Source of the DNA: an uncultured Spirochaetota bacterium
GTDB lineage: Bacteria; Spirochaetota; Spirochaetia; SZUA-6; Fen-1364
Direction: 5' to 3'
Assembly (NCBI GenBank): GCA_963845535.1
Contig: CAWJSK010000019.1
Location: 224,001-288,000 of the forward strand
DNA length: 64,000 nucleotides
In this document: piece by piece, positions 8,521 through 18,488 of the stretch
Position numbering within the stretch: position 1 is the first letter of the stretch
Layout of the letters: every line of letters begins with the position of its first letter
Notes under the pieces: generated by a model
Database searches by the model: none
The model's input: only the letters and a program-made list of their open reading frames with translations
What the model was told of the DNA's origin: nothing
Made by a program: the position numbers and the translations under genes

Positions 8521-11276
8521 GCGGTGAGCTGTGCCTGATAGACGGCTACAGCGTCATCTATCGAGGGTACTTCGCGTTTCTGAACAGGCCGCTCCTGAAC
8601 CCTGAGGGAAAGAACACATCCTCGGTGTTCGTATTTTTCCGCACGCTCATCCAGATCGTGCGGGACCTCGCTCCGGGGCATGTCGTGGTGGCCATGGACT
8701 CCCGGGTGCCGACTTTCCGTCACGAACGTTACACGCAGTACAAGGCCAACAGGGACAAGGCCCCCTCCGACCTGCACGCGCAGGTGCCCGTGATCGAGGA
8801 GATCCTTTCGGCCCTTGGAGTGCCGTGCCTGCGCGCGGACGGCTTCGAGGCTGATGACGTCATTGCAACTCTTGCCGATGCCTGCAGGAAGTCCGGCAGG
8901 CCTTGCTGGGTCTTCTCCGGCGACAAGGACATTCTCCAGTGCATTGGCGGCAACGTCCGCCTGCTGGCGCAGGAGAAAGGCGCCTCCGACATCGTCGAGT
9001 ACTCGCGGGAAAAGGTCTTCGAGTCTCGCGGCGTGTACCCGGAGCAGATCGTCGACTACCTTGCCCTGACGGGCGACTCATCTGACAACGTCCCCGGAGT
9101 TCCCGGGGTCGGTGACAAGACGGCGCTGAAGCTCCTTACAAGCTACAAGTCCATCGACGGCATTTTTCAGAGTCTCGATTCGATCACCCCGGAGTCCCTT
9201 CGGAAAAAACTTGCCGCGGGAAAAGAGTCGGCCCTTCTTTCACGGGAGCTCGTCACGCTTCGCCGCGACGTGCCGGGGATTCCGCAGCCCGAGACGCTGC
9301 CTCCCATAGCCTTGAACGTGACCGCGGCCACCCCGCTTCTGGAGCGTCAGGGGATGAAAACCATCGTGGCGGACCTTCTCAAGCTGTCCGGGAAATCCAC
9401 GGAGTCTGCGCGGTCTGCGCGCGCTTCAACGCCGTCCACGCCCACGGCACCCGCACCGACGCCTGCCCCGGCCATCCTGAAGAGCACGGCTCCCGGAACG
9501 TACGCGACAGTTACCACTTTGTCGGAGCTGGAGGCATGGGTGGCCCGGGCAAAGGCCGCCGGCGTGTATGCATTCGACGTAGAGACGGACGGCAGGGATG
9601 AGATGCGCGCCGTCCTTCTCGGCTTCTCGTTGTCCGTGGAGGAAGGGAAGGCGTGCTACGTTCCCGTCCGAGCCAGGGACACGTCGTGCATCCCTGAGGG
9701 CGAAGCGCGCCGCTGCATCGCCGGCCTCCTGGAGGACCCGAAGGTCCGACTCGTCGGGCAGAATGCGAAATACGATTACAAGATGATGCGCCGCTGGGGG
9801 GTGTCTCCCGCGAACGTCTCTTTCGATACGATGGTGGCGGCCTGGATGCTGGACAGCGAGCAAGGGAGCTACGGCCTGGACAGGCTGGCGGAACAGAGGC
9901 TCGGCTATCGGTCCCTTCCCTACGAAGAGCTGGTCGGGAAGGACCAGACCCTCGAAGATATTCCGATCCAAAAGGTCACCGACTACTCAGGAGAGGACGC
10001 GGACCTCACGCTCCGTCTCTCCCGGCTGCTGTTCCCTGAATTGGAGGCTGCGGGTCTTATGCCGCTTTTCTCCCGCGTGGAAATGCCCCTTCTTGTCGTG
10101 CTCGCGGAAATGGAGCTTACCGGGATCAGGGTGCTCGCCACCGAGCTTGCGGGATACAGCCAGGAAATGGAAACAGTCCTTGCGGCGCTGGAGGCGGAGA
10201 TCTACCAGCTATGCGGCAGGAAGTTCAACATCAGCTCCACCAAGCAGCTCCAGGAAGTGCTCTTCACGTGGCGGAAGCTCACGCCGGTGAAAAAGACGAA
10301 GACAGGCTTCTCCACGGATGAGGACGTGCTGGAAATCCTGGCGTCCCAGGACCCGGTGCCGGAGAAGATCCTTGCCCACCGCAAGCTCACCAAGCTGAAG
10401 TCCACCTACGTGGATGCGCTGCCGCTGCAGATCAACGAGAGCACGGGCCGGCTCCACACACATTACGTCCAGACGGGCGCTGCCACGGGCCGCCTGGCCA
10501 GCAAGGACCCGAACCTCCAGAATATCCCCATCCGTGAGGAGGAGGGGAGGCGCATTCGAAGCGCGTTCGTCCCGGCTCCCGGGATGCGCTTTGTCAGCGC
10601 CGACTACTCGCAGATCGAGCTTGCAATCCTGGCCTACCTGTCCCAGGACTCTGTCCTCCTGCAAGCTTTCCGCGAGAGGAGGGACATCCATCGTCAGACC
10701 GCATCGCTGATTTTCGGCGTTCCTGAAAGCGAGGTCAGCGCTGAACAGCGCGCGGTTGGGAAGACCATCAACTTCGGCGTGGTGTACGGAATGTCGGCCT
10801 ACGGGCTGTCCCAGAGGCTGAAGATTCCAAAGTCGGACGCGGACAAGTTCATCAAGACGTACTTCCTGCGCTACGAAGGCGTGGACCGCTTCTTGAAGGA
10901 GACGATCAAGGGCGCGGAACAGAACGGATTTGTCACCACTCTCATGGGACGCCGCCGCAGGATCATTGCAATTCGAAGCCCAAACAGGACTGAGAAGTCA
11001 GGGGCGGAGAGGGTGGCCGTGAACTCTCCCATCCAGGGGACTGCCGCCGATATCGTGAAGCTTGCCATGGTGAAGCTTGCCGCCCGGCTGCGTGAGGGGC
11101 GCCTTGGCGCCCGGATCCTGCTGCAGGTCCACGACGAGATCATCCTCGAGTCTCCGGTGGAAGAAGCTGAGAAGACGCTGCGCGTTGTCGAGGACGTCAT
11201 GGAGCACGTCGTGGACCAGGACATCCCGCTCAAGGTGCATTGCGAGATCGGCGATAGCTGGGGCGCATTTCACTAG
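8517..11276 (+). CDS. polA: DNA polymerase I
   Basis: LIDGYSVIYRGYFA and GDSSDNVPGVPGVG (5'-3' exo); FDVET (3'-5' exo); ADYSQIEL, KTINFGVVYG, LQVHDE (polymerase). Confidence 0.97.
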   Translation: MSGELCLIDGYSVIYRGYFAFLNRPLLNPEGKNTSSVFVFFRTLIQIVRDLAPGHVVVAMDSRVPTFRHERYTQYKANRDKAPSDLHAQVPVIEEILSALGVPCLRADGFEADDVIATLADACRKSGRPCWVFSGDKDILQCIGGNVRLLAQEKGASDIVEYSREKVFESRGVYPEQIVDYLALTGDSSDNVPGVPGVGDKTALKLLTSYKSIDGIFQSLDSITPESLRKKLAAGKESALLSRELVTLRRDVPGIPQPETLPPIALNVTAATPLLERQGMKTIVADLLKLSGKSTESARSARASTPSTPTAPAPTPAPAILKSTAPGTYATVTTLSELEAWVARAKAAGVYAFDVETDGRDEMRAVLLGFSLSVEEGKACYVPVRARDTSCIPEGEARRCIAGLLEDPKVRLVGQNAKYDYKMMRRWGVSPANVSFDTMVAAWMLDSEQGSYGLDRLAEQRLGYRSLPYEELVGKDQTLEDIPIQKVTDYSGEDADLTLRLSRLLFPELEAAGLMPLFSRVEMPLLVVLAEMELTGIRVLATELAGYSQEMETVLAALEAEIYQLCGRKFNISSTKQLQEVLFTWRKLTPVKKTKTGFSTDEDVLEILASQDPVPEKILAHRKLTKLKSTYVDALPLQINESTGRLHTHYVQTGAATGRLASKDPNLQNIPIREEEGRRIRSAFVPAPGMRFVSADYSQIELAILAYLSQDSVLLQAFRERRDIHRQTASLIFGVPESEVSAEQRAVGKTINFGVVYGMSAYGLSQRLKIPKSDADKFIKTYFLRYEGVDRFLKETIKGAEQNGFVTTLMGRRRRIIAIRSPNRTEKSGAERVAVNSPIQGTAADIVKLAMVKLAARLREGRLGARILLQVHDEIILESPVEEAEKTLRVVEDVMEHVVDQDIPLKVHCEIGDSWGAFH

Positions 11277-11306
11277 GCGCATCGTGCCCACGGACGGCCT
11301 GGCGGT

Positions 11307-11325
11307 GCCCGCGCCCCGCGCGGGC
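11307..11325. terminator. GC hairpin between convergent genes
   Basis: GCCCGCGC-CCC-GCGCGGGC between the polA stop and the stop of the opposite-strand gene. Confidence 0.45.
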
Positions 11326-11338
11326 TACCCTGATGGCG

Positions 11339-12115
11339 CTACTCGATCGGTCCCCAAACCTTCCCGTTGATGTCCGCTTCCTCCTGAGACTCCACCCCTT
11401 CCTCGAAGACGGAAAAAGCGAGCAGGAACTCCGACAACCCTTTCTTCGTGGGCTGCCCGCGGGCGGCGAGGATGGCCTGCTCCGAGAGGTCCAGGTCGAA
11501 GCCGTGGAAATACCGGTAGACGATCTGGTACGACAGGGGGACGGAGTAGCCGTAGATGCTCGTATCGTTCAGGTGCTGCGCTATGACGATGTTCGTTGGT
11601 ATGACGGCCGCATACGTGCAGGGCGTCATGGGGATGCCTCCCCGCCAGGGGCTGTACTCCAGGGGAGGGAACTGGACGGAGCGGTTGGTGGAGTACGAGG
11701 TGATGTCCTCATAGTCGAGGAAGAGCACCTGGGAGAAGGGGGACGATCGAAAGAGCTTCTTCAGCTCCGGCAGGCGGAATCCATCGAAGGTCCTCTTCCT
11801 GTCCTGTTTCAGCTTCGTCTCGACGAACGCCGCGCCGTCGAGCACGGTGCCGTCCCGGTGGGCAATCCGGACAAGGAGAGAGACGTCGGCGTTTGTCGTC
11901 TCCCGCTTTCCCCGCTGCCGGTGCGCCGACAGGCGGATGGTATATCCCTGACGGAAGCCGCTCACCTCCGTGTCATCCAGCTCGGATGCAAGGCTTTTCA
12001 GGAGGCCGGCGGTGACGGTTCCCTCCGTCCAGTCCGCCGGATGGCTGCCCGGGACGCGTGCCTTGACGATACGCTCCACTTCGCCGATCAACCGCCAGTA
12101 GCTCAGCTTTTCCAT
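11339..12115 (-). CDS. Hypothetical protein, possible PD-(D/E)xK restriction-endonuclease-like fold
   Basis: 258 aa; GGAGG SD before MEKLSYW; pattern WTEGTVT..ETTNADVSLLV..AAFVETK. Confidence 0.6.
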   Translation of the reverse strand: MEKLSYWRLIGEVERIVKARVPGSHPADWTEGTVTAGLLKSLASELDDTEVSGFRQGYTIRLSAHRQRGKRETTNADVSLLVRIAHRDGTVLDGAAFVETKLKQDRKRTFDGFRLPELKKLFRSSPFSQVLFLDYEDITSYSTNRSVQFPPLEYSPWRGGIPMTPCTYAAVIPTNIVIAQHLNDTSIYGYSVPLSYQIVYRYFHGFDLDLSEQAILAARGQPTKKGLSEFLLAFSVFEEGVESQEEADINGKVWGPIE

Positions 12116-12178
12116 GAGACTTCCGCCTCCTGTGCTCAATTCTCGTGATTCTCCTGCCGTTATGCAAATGGGGGGACA

Positions 12179-12775
12179 GTGAAAGAGATTCGCAAGACGG
12201 TAGTCGGCCTGACAGGGCGCTATTGCTCCGGGAAAGGCAGCGCGGCCCGCGTCTTTGCCTCCCTCGGGTTCGCCGTGGTGGACGCTGACGAGCTGAGCCA
12301 CGAGGTGATTGCGGAGAAGGCGGAGGAGGTCATTGCCGCCTTCGGACCCGTGGCGCGGGCCGCGGGCGGAGGGGTGGACAGGCGCGCCTTGGGAAGGGTC
12401 GTTTTCAACGACGCGGCATCACGGACCCGCCTGGAGGGCATCCTGTATCCGGCCATCACCGAGAGGATACTCCGCTTCATCGACAAGACGGAGGGGAGCG
12501 TCGTGATCAACGCGCCACTTCTCCAGCGCGCAGGGCTCCACAGGGTCTGCACTGCCGTGGTGTTCGTGCGGGCTCCTGCGCTGATGCGCCTTGTACGCGC
12601 CATGCGGCGGGACTCCCTTCTTTTGCGCGACGCATGGCCGCGCATCAACGCGCAACGGGACGTGAGCCCTCAATCTATTGGCCCCGGCGTCGATACTTAT
12701 AGTGTGCTGAACTGCGGCAGTGCGCGCTCTCTGGAGCGGCGCGTCGCGCGGCTCGCCCGTCGCCTGAAGGTGTGA
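12179..12775 (+). CDS. coaE: Dephospho-CoA kinase
   Basis: VGLTGRYCSGKG, VDADELSH, VDRRALGRVVF, RLEGILYP, NAPLL. Confidence 0.9.
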   Translation: MKEIRKTVVGLTGRYCSGKGSAARVFASLGFAVVDADELSHEVIAEKAEEVIAAFGPVARAAGGGVDRRALGRVVFNDAASRTRLEGILYPAITERILRFIDKTEGSVVINAPLLQRAGLHRVCTAVVFVRAPALMRLVRAMRRDSLLLRDAWPRINAQRDVSPQSIGPGVDTYSVLNCGSARSLERRVARLARRLKV

Positions 12776-12778
12776 GGA

Positions 12779-13571
12779 ATGGAAAAGCAGAGAATCTTTT
12801 GGGTCGTGCTCTCCGTGAGCGTGTTCGTGGTCATCGTCCTCATCGTGGGCGTGTACCTCCTTCGGCAGAAGCCGCTGGCGGCATCCACCCCTCCCGGGGG
12901 CCATCAACCCGATCACGGGTCCGGGTCCGCAGGTCTTCGAGTACTCGCAGCAGAAGCCCCAGGGCCAGGCCGCCCCGGGGACGGAGCCGAAACCCGGAGA
13001 GCAGCAGACAATGCATTTCTATATCGGCGAAGGGGCCGAAAGACCGCAGACGAACATCCCGCAGGCGCCCGGCGCACAACCGCAGACGCCGCCCCTGGCA
13101 CAACCGCAGACGCCGCCCCAGACTCCCGGCACGCAGGGCCAACCGCTCGGGCCAACCACCCAGGTCCAACCGCAGGGGCCCGCTGCCCAGGCCCAGCCCC
13201 ACGCGCCCGCGGTTCATCCCTCGGTCACCTCGCCCCGTCCGCGTATGGCCGCGGTGCCGAAAAGACCCTCCCCCGTGAAGGTCACGGCCAGGCCCAGGGA
13301 GCAGTCGCGCCGATCAGTCGATTACTGGATCCAGACGGGTTCCTATAAGAGCCAGTCCAAGGCCGACGAGCTGATCGCCACCCTGGCCGACAAGGGACTC
13401 TCGGGGAAAGTGTTCTCGTATGACGTCCATGGAGGCACGTACTACAGGGTCAGGATTGGTCCGTACACCAACCAGGGTGAGGCGGACAAGTTTCTCTCCA
13501 TTGTGAAGCAGATCCAGGGGCTCGAAACCAGCTACGTCTCCCAGGTGGGCGGTCTCAGGAATCTCAACTAG
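12779..13571 (+). CDS. SPOR-domain membrane-anchored cell division protein (apparent frameshift at G run 12896-12900)
   Basis: N-terminal TM helix (ORF 12779), Pro/Gln linker and SPOR domain YWIQTGSY..YYRVRIGPY (ORF 13011). The two frames join if one G is removed. Confidence 0.85.
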
Positions 13572-13595
13572 CCCGAGCGAGCTATTGCGCGCGGG

Positions 13596-13622
13596 GCCGC
13601 ATCGCGCGAAGCGCGATGCGGC
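13596..13622. terminator. Perfect 12-bp hairpin between convergent SPOR gene and bshA
   Basis: GCCGCATCGCGC-GAA-GCGCGATGCGGC. Confidence 0.6.
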
Positions 13623-13624
13623 TC

Positions 13625-14809
13625 TTAGCCTCTCGACTCGGCGCGCTGGCCCGGTCCGTGAGCGGCGGGTGTCGGTCCGTGATCTGCCGTGACGGGCGCT
13701 CCCAGCACTTTCTCATACACCGCTTCGTATTGCGGGACAATGGTTCGATAATCGAACTCCGCGGCGCGCTTGCGCGCGGCCCGTGAAAAGCGTTTCAGGA
13801 CAGTCACATCCTCCAGCAGTTGCAGGCAGTAGCCCGCCATTGCATCCACGTCTCCCACGGGAGCAAGGAAGCCGGTGGAGCCATGGGCCACGACTTCCGG
13901 CAGGCCGCCTACGTCGCTTGCGACAACGGGGACCCCGCTCGCCATGGCTTCCAGCGCAACCAGGCCGAAGCTCTCCGTCTCACTGGGGAGGAGAAGGACG
14001 TCCGCGGCGCCCAGGAGCGGGGCCACGTCTTCCACCACCCCGACGTAGCGCACGGCATTCGTCAGGCCCAGGGACTCCACAAGCTCCCGGGTCCTTCCGT
14101 ATTCCGGCCCGTCTCCGACGAGCACGAGCCGGGCGTCCATCTTTTCCCGCACGCGGGCGAAAATGCGCACGACATCCCCGAGCCTCTTGAGGGGCCGGAA
14201 ATTGGAGATGTGCATGAGCGTGACCTGACGCGCCGAGGATTTCTCAGGGATGCACGCCACCGAATGCGCGTGGTGGCGCGGCGGGTCGACGAAGTTGTAG
14301 ACAACGTCGATCTCTTTTTCGATGGCGAACGCGCGATAGGTCTCCTCCCTCAGGAATGAGGAGACCGCCGTCACGGCGTCTGACTGCTCGATGGAGAACT
14401 CGGTGACCGGCTTGAAGGACGGGCTGGCGCCGACCAGCGTGATGTCCGTGCCATGAAGCGTCGTGACCACCTTCAGGTTGAGCTCCGGCGCGATCTGCCG
14501 GGCAAGGATGGCGGCCGCCGCGAAGGGGATTGCGTAATGGACGTGCATGATCTGCAGCTTGTGCGTGCGCGCCACTTCCACCATTTTTGCCGTGAGCGTG
14601 AGGCTGTGCGGAAACTGCTTCAGGAGGGGATGACTGTCCTGGTCCACCTCATGGTAGCACACGCGGGGGGGCAGCTCGCGAAGCCGCAGCGGGTTGGCGT
14701 AGCTGATGAAGGCCACCGAGTGGCCCCGTTCGGCAAGATGCTTGCCCAGCTCCGTGGCCACGACGCCGCTTCCCCCGGCCGTCGGGTAGCAGCAGATGCC
14801 GATCCGCAT
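13625..14809 (-). CDS. bshA: N-acetyl-alpha-D-glucosaminyl L-malate synthase BshA (GT4)
   Basis: [63 protein letters not shown]. Confidence 0.92.
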   Translation of the reverse strand: MRIGICCYPTAGGSGVVATELGKHLAERGHSVAFISYANPLRLRELPPRVCYHEVDQDSHPLLKQFPHSLTLTAKMVEVARTHKLQIMHVHYAIPFAAAAILARQIAPELNLKVVTTLHGTDITLVGASPSFKPVTEFSIEQSDAVTAVSSFLREETYRAFAIEKEIDVVYNFVDPPRHHAHSVACIPEKSSARQVTLMHISNFRPLKRLGDVVRIFARVREKMDARLVLVGDGPEYGRTRELVESLGLTNAVRYVGVVEDVAPLLGAADVLLLPSETESFGLVALEAMASGVPVVASDVGGLPEVVAHGSTGFLAPVGDVDAMAGYCLQLLEDVTVLKRFSRAARKRAAEFDYRTIVPQYEAVYEKVLGAPVTADHGPTPAAHGPGQRAESRG

Positions 14810-14811
14810 GA

Positions 14812-15750
14812 TTATCGCCCTTCCCTGCGCACGCCCCCGGAAGCGGCGGAGCGCGCCCTCTGCGTCGGGGTGTGGTAGATCTTGCTCTCCGGTGGGACGC
14901 TTTCCGTCAGCCACACGTTTCCGCCGATGGTCGAGCCGCGCCCGATCACCGTGTTGCCGCCCAGGATGGTTGCCCCCGCGTAGATTGTCACGTCGTCCTC
15001 TATTGTGGGATGCCGCTTACGGTTGGCCAGCTCCTTCTTGATGCTGAGGGCGCCGAGGGTGACGCCCTGGTAGAGCTTGACATTGTTCCCAATCACCGTG
15101 GTCTCACCGATGACGACCCCGGTCCCATGGTCGATGAAAAAGGAGTCCCCGATGGCCGCGCCGGGGTGGATGTCGATCCCCGTCTTGCCGTGGATGTATT
15201 CGCTCATCATACGGGGGATCATGGCAACCTCCCGGAGCCACAGCTCGTGGGCAATGCGATGAACCATGATGGCTTCAACGCCGGGGTAGGAGAGGATCAC
15301 TTCTTCCTGGGACCGGGCCGCCGGGTCCCCGCGGTCCGCCGCTTCCACGTCGAGGCTCAGCTTCTGCCTCACGGCGGGCACGAGGTCCAGGAGGTCCTGG
15401 ACGATCTCCCGCGCCTCTCCCGTGCAGTCTTCATGCCTGCCGCAATCGCTTCTGATCCTGCAGGTATAGCGCAGGCTTTTCTCCACCTCCGCACCCAGGG
15501 CCCGGGTCAGCCAGACCACCTTGTCCCCGACGGCGTAGCGCAGCCCGGCGAGGTCCAGTTTCTCTTCGGCGCGGAACCCGGGGAAGATCAGCGCTTCCAG
15601 CGTCTCCACGATCCTTGTGATGCTCTGCTGGGAGGGCAGGTTCGGCCCCTCCAGGTGGTTGATCCCGCCCAGCTCGCGATACGAATCGAGGATCCTGTCC
15701 ACAAGGGCTTCCGTAAAGTCCTCACAGGCTCCGCGTTTCAACTCACTCAT
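14812..15750 (-). CDS. cysE: Serine O-acetyltransferase
   Basis: GDPAA, TGIDIHPGA, FFIDHGTGVVIGET, LYQGVTLG, KRHPTIED. Confidence 0.92.
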   Translation of the reverse strand: MSELKRGACEDFTEALVDRILDSYRELGGINHLEGPNLPSQQSITRIVETLEALIFPGFRAEEKLDLAGLRYAVGDKVVWLTRALGAEVEKSLRYTCRIRSDCGRHEDCTGEAREIVQDLLDLVPAVRQKLSLDVEAADRGDPAARSQEEVILSYPGVEAIMVHRIAHELWLREVAMIPRMMSEYIHGKTGIDIHPGAAIGDSFFIDHGTGVVIGETTVIGNNVKLYQGVTLGALSIKKELANRKRHPTIEDDVTIYAGATILGGNTVIGRGSTIGGNVWLTESVPPESKIYHTPTQRARSAASGGVRREGR

Positions 15751-15757
15751 CCCGTCA

Positions 15758-15808
15758 AAAGTGATCCGGCCTCCGCCGTTTGTCAAGGTGCGCTCTTTTG
15801 CATACACT
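15758..15808. promoter_or_regulatory. Back-to-back sigma70 promoters with overlapping -35 boxes
   Basis: Minus strand: TTGACA(15786-15781)-17-CACTTT-7-ATG(cysE). Plus strand: TTGTCA(15780-15785)-17-TACACT-7-ATG(15816). Confidence 0.6.
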
Positions 15809-15815
15809 CCTGGCC

Positions 15816-16262
15816 ATGGCGCCAGCAGTCCCCCTGGCCATGAGCCTGCTCACTGCGGTGGGCGTTCAGCTCGCGTGCCAGGCGTTCAAAGTGGTCCTGT
15901 ACTCCCTTCGCGAACGGCGGCTGGCGTTCTCCTGGTTCTTTTCCGCCGGCGGCATCCCAAGCGCCCACTCCGCCTTTGTAACGGCGCTCTCGGTTTCCGT
16001 CGGTCTCAGGAGCGGGTTCGGCTCCGACGTCTTTGCCGTGGCCTGCGTTTTTTCCATCATCATCATCTACGACTCCTTTCGGCTTCGCGGCGCGGTCGAG
16101 CGCCACGCAAAAGCCCTGAACAGACTGTCACGAGCCAACGGGAACCTGAATCTGGGGTCGTTCAACGAGAACATCGGCCACACGCTGATCGAGATCGGGA
16201 CGGGAATCCTGACAGGGGGAGGGTTGGCCGCCGTGGTGTTTTTTCTGATTCACGCCGCGTAG
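15816..16262 (+). CDS. Divergent PAP2 family (DUF212) membrane protein
   Basis: CQAFKV, GGIPSAHSAFV, IIIYDSFRLR, IGHTLIEI. Confidence 0.85.
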   Translation: MAPAVPLAMSLLTAVGVQLACQAFKVVLYSLRERRLAFSWFFSAGGIPSAHSAFVTALSVSVGLRSGFGSDVFAVACVFSIIIIYDSFRLRGAVERHAKALNRLSRANGNLNLGSFNENIGHTLIEIGTGILTGGGLAAVVFFLIHAA

Positions 16263-16283
16263 AAAGTGAGAAGGAGGGAGAGA

Positions 16284-17312
16284 ATGGCAAAGTACGTCGC
16301 GTTCGGTGAGATCATGCTTCGTCTGAAGCCCCCAGGGGCGCAACGGCTTTTCCAGAGCCCCCTCCTGGAAGCGACGTTCGGGGGCGGAGAGGCCAACGTG
16401 GCCGTTGCCCTCGCCGGATTCGGCTGCCACGCCGCTTTCGTCTCGGTCATCCCGCCCAACGTCATTGGAGAGGCTTGCCTGGGGGAGCTGCGCCGCCATA
16501 ACGTGGATACCTCGCTCGCCGTCCGCAAAGGGAACCGCCTGGGCGTCTACTTCCTCGAGCCGGGGGCCAACCAGCGGCCGTCCGTGGTCATCTACGACAG
16601 GGCTGGCTCGAGCCTGGCGGAGGCCCGGCGCGGTGACATCGACTGGGACAAGACTTTCACCGGGGCCACGTGGTTCCATATCACGGGGATCACCCCGGCA
16701 ATCTCTCACTCCGCGGCGGAGCTCTCACGGGAGGCTGTCCAACGCGCCCGTGAAAAGGGGCTGACCGTTTCTTGTGATCTGAACTACCGTAAGAACCTGT
16801 GGAAATACGGCAAGGGCGCCCCCGAAATCATGGGAGACTTGATGAAGTCCGTCGATGTAGCGATGGCGAATGAGGAAGACTGCCAGAACGCCTTGGGCAT
16901 CAGCGCACAGGCGGACGTCGAGTCAGGGAAGCTTGACGCTGCCGCCTACCAGGTCCTTGCCCGCAAGGTGCTCGCCGCTTACCCGAACCTCACCCACGCC
17001 GCCATCACGCTTCGGGAGAGCAAGTCCGCGGACCATAACGGGTGGTCGGCGATCCTTGCCACGCGGAAGGAGCTCTTCGTCTCGCGCCGGTACGAGATCA
17101 CCGATATCGTGGACAGGGTCGGGACCGGAGACGCGTTTGCCGCGGGCCTCATCTATGGTTTGGGCAACCTCCCGTCCGCGCAGGAAGCGCTCGAGTTCGC
17201 CGTGGCGGCCTCCTGTCTGAAGCATTCCATCCCGGGGGACCTCCCCCTCCTCTCAGTCGCGGAAGTCAGGGCGCTCATGGAAGGGTCCGGAAGCGGCCGC
17301 GTGCAAAGATAG
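16284..17312 (+). CDS. kdgK: PfkB sugar kinase, 2-dehydro-3-deoxygluconokinase-like
   Basis: [49 protein letters not shown]. Confidence 0.85.
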   Translation: MAKYVAFGEIMLRLKPPGAQRLFQSPLLEATFGGGEANVAVALAGFGCHAAFVSVIPPNVIGEACLGELRRHNVDTSLAVRKGNRLGVYFLEPGANQRPSVVIYDRAGSSLAEARRGDIDWDKTFTGATWFHITGITPAISHSAAELSREAVQRAREKGLTVSCDLNYRKNLWKYGKGAPEIMGDLMKSVDVAMANEEDCQNALGISAQADVESGKLDAAAYQVLARKVLAAYPNLTHAAITLRESKSADHNGWSAILATRKELFVSRRYEITDIVDRVGTGDAFAAGLIYGLGNLPSAQEALEFAVAASCLKHSIPGDLPLLSVAEVRALMEGSGSGRVQR

Positions 17313-17328
17313 GAAGGATGGGCTCGGA

Positions 17329-18465
17329 GTGATCTTCGCTCGCCGTCGGCGCCGCGCCGGACCGCGGATTGCGCTCTGCCTCCTGGCGACCGCCGTGCTC
17401 GTTCCCGGCGCGGCCGCTGATCCGCGGATGCCACGCCCGCTCCGAGGACTTCCGGAGCCAACCCTTCGCCTGGCATTCGTCGGTGATATCATGACGCATC
17501 CCGACCTTTCCCGCATGGCAGACTACGGAGAGATCTACCAGGCCGTGGCGGAGGTGTTCCAGGCGAGCGACCTGGCTTTTGCCAATCTTGAGTTCCCCGT
17601 CGACTCGACGCGCCCGGCATCAGGGTATCCGCTGTTCAACGCCAACCGGGAATACGTTCGGGCAGCCCTTGATGCCGGCATCGACGTCCTGTCCACGGCC
17701 AACAACCACGCGTTCGACGGCCGGGAGGAGGGGGTTTTTCAAACCGTCCGCGCGCTTGTGTCTCTGGAGGGCGTCGCGGGCCGCCGGCTCTTTTTCTCGG
17801 GGGTCAGGGGCAATCCTCGTCGGGCTTTCACTCCCCTGTTGATCGTCAGAAAGGGAGTGCGAATCGGTTTCATTGCCGTCACGCAGTTCCTCAATCAATG
17901 GGGCGGAGGCCGCTACGTCGACGTGGTGGACTATGAAAACGAGGAGGATGCCCGTCGGTTCGAGCAGCTTGTCAAGGACACGAGCCCGTTCTACGACGTA
18001 TTCGTGATTTCCTATCATGGGGACCGGGAGTACGCGCAGAAGCCCGCGGCTGCCAAGCGGGCCTTTTTCCGCCGTCTGGCGGAGAGCGGCGCCACCATCG
18101 TCTGGGGCCACCATCCTCACGTGCTCCAGCGCTACGAACTGGTGAGCGTGCGCGGCACGCAGCGGCTCATCATGTACTCCCTGGGGAACTTCATCTCGGG
18201 AATGGCTCACAGCCAGCCCCCGGACCCTGACGGGCTGGATGCCCTTGTCGGAGACTCGATCATTCTGCGGGCGGACATCACCGTGAGCGCGGGCGGCGCT
18301 TCGGTGACGGCTCTGCAGCCGATCCCCGTGGGGGATTACCGAAAGGATACGGGCGGGGTGGTGGTTCTGAAGCTCGATAATCTTGCGGATGGGGTTGCGC
18401 CCGTCTGGAAGTCCTATTTCGAAGAGCGGCGGGTTCGCATCATGGGATTTCTCGACGCCCGGTGA
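17329..18465 (+). CDS. CapA/PGA_cap family metallophosphoesterase
   Basis: FVGDIM, ANLEFP, TANNHAFD, GHHPHVLQ, YSLGNFIS; signal-like N terminus. Confidence 0.85.
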   Translation: MIFARRRRRAGPRIALCLLATAVLVPGAAADPRMPRPLRGLPEPTLRLAFVGDIMTHPDLSRMADYGEIYQAVAEVFQASDLAFANLEFPVDSTRPASGYPLFNANREYVRAALDAGIDVLSTANNHAFDGREEGVFQTVRALVSLEGVAGRRLFFSGVRGNPRRAFTPLLIVRKGVRIGFIAVTQFLNQWGGGRYVDVVDYENEEDARRFEQLVKDTSPFYDVFVISYHGDREYAQKPAAAKRAFFRRLAESGATIVWGHHPHVLQRYELVSVRGTQRLIMYSLGNFISGMAHSQPPDPDGLDALVGDSIILRADITVSAGGASVTALQPIPVGDYRKDTGGVVVLKLDNLADGVAPVWKSYFEERRVRIMGFLDAR

Positions 18466-18488
18466 GCGGGCTCGCCGGCGCCAATGAG

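Noticed and set aside
9400..9480. Possible intein or insertion in PolA
   Set aside because: Just a short Pro/Ala/Thr-rich linker between the exonuclease domains; no intein splice motifs.
13074..13118. 21-bp direct repeat GCACAACCGCAGACGCCGCCC (24-bp period)
   Set aside because: In-frame duplication encoding AQPQTPP in the low-complexity SPOR linker.
17329..18465. Poly-gamma-glutamate capsule operon
   Set aside because: Only a CapA-family gene is present, without capB/capC; stand-alone CapA homologues are common.
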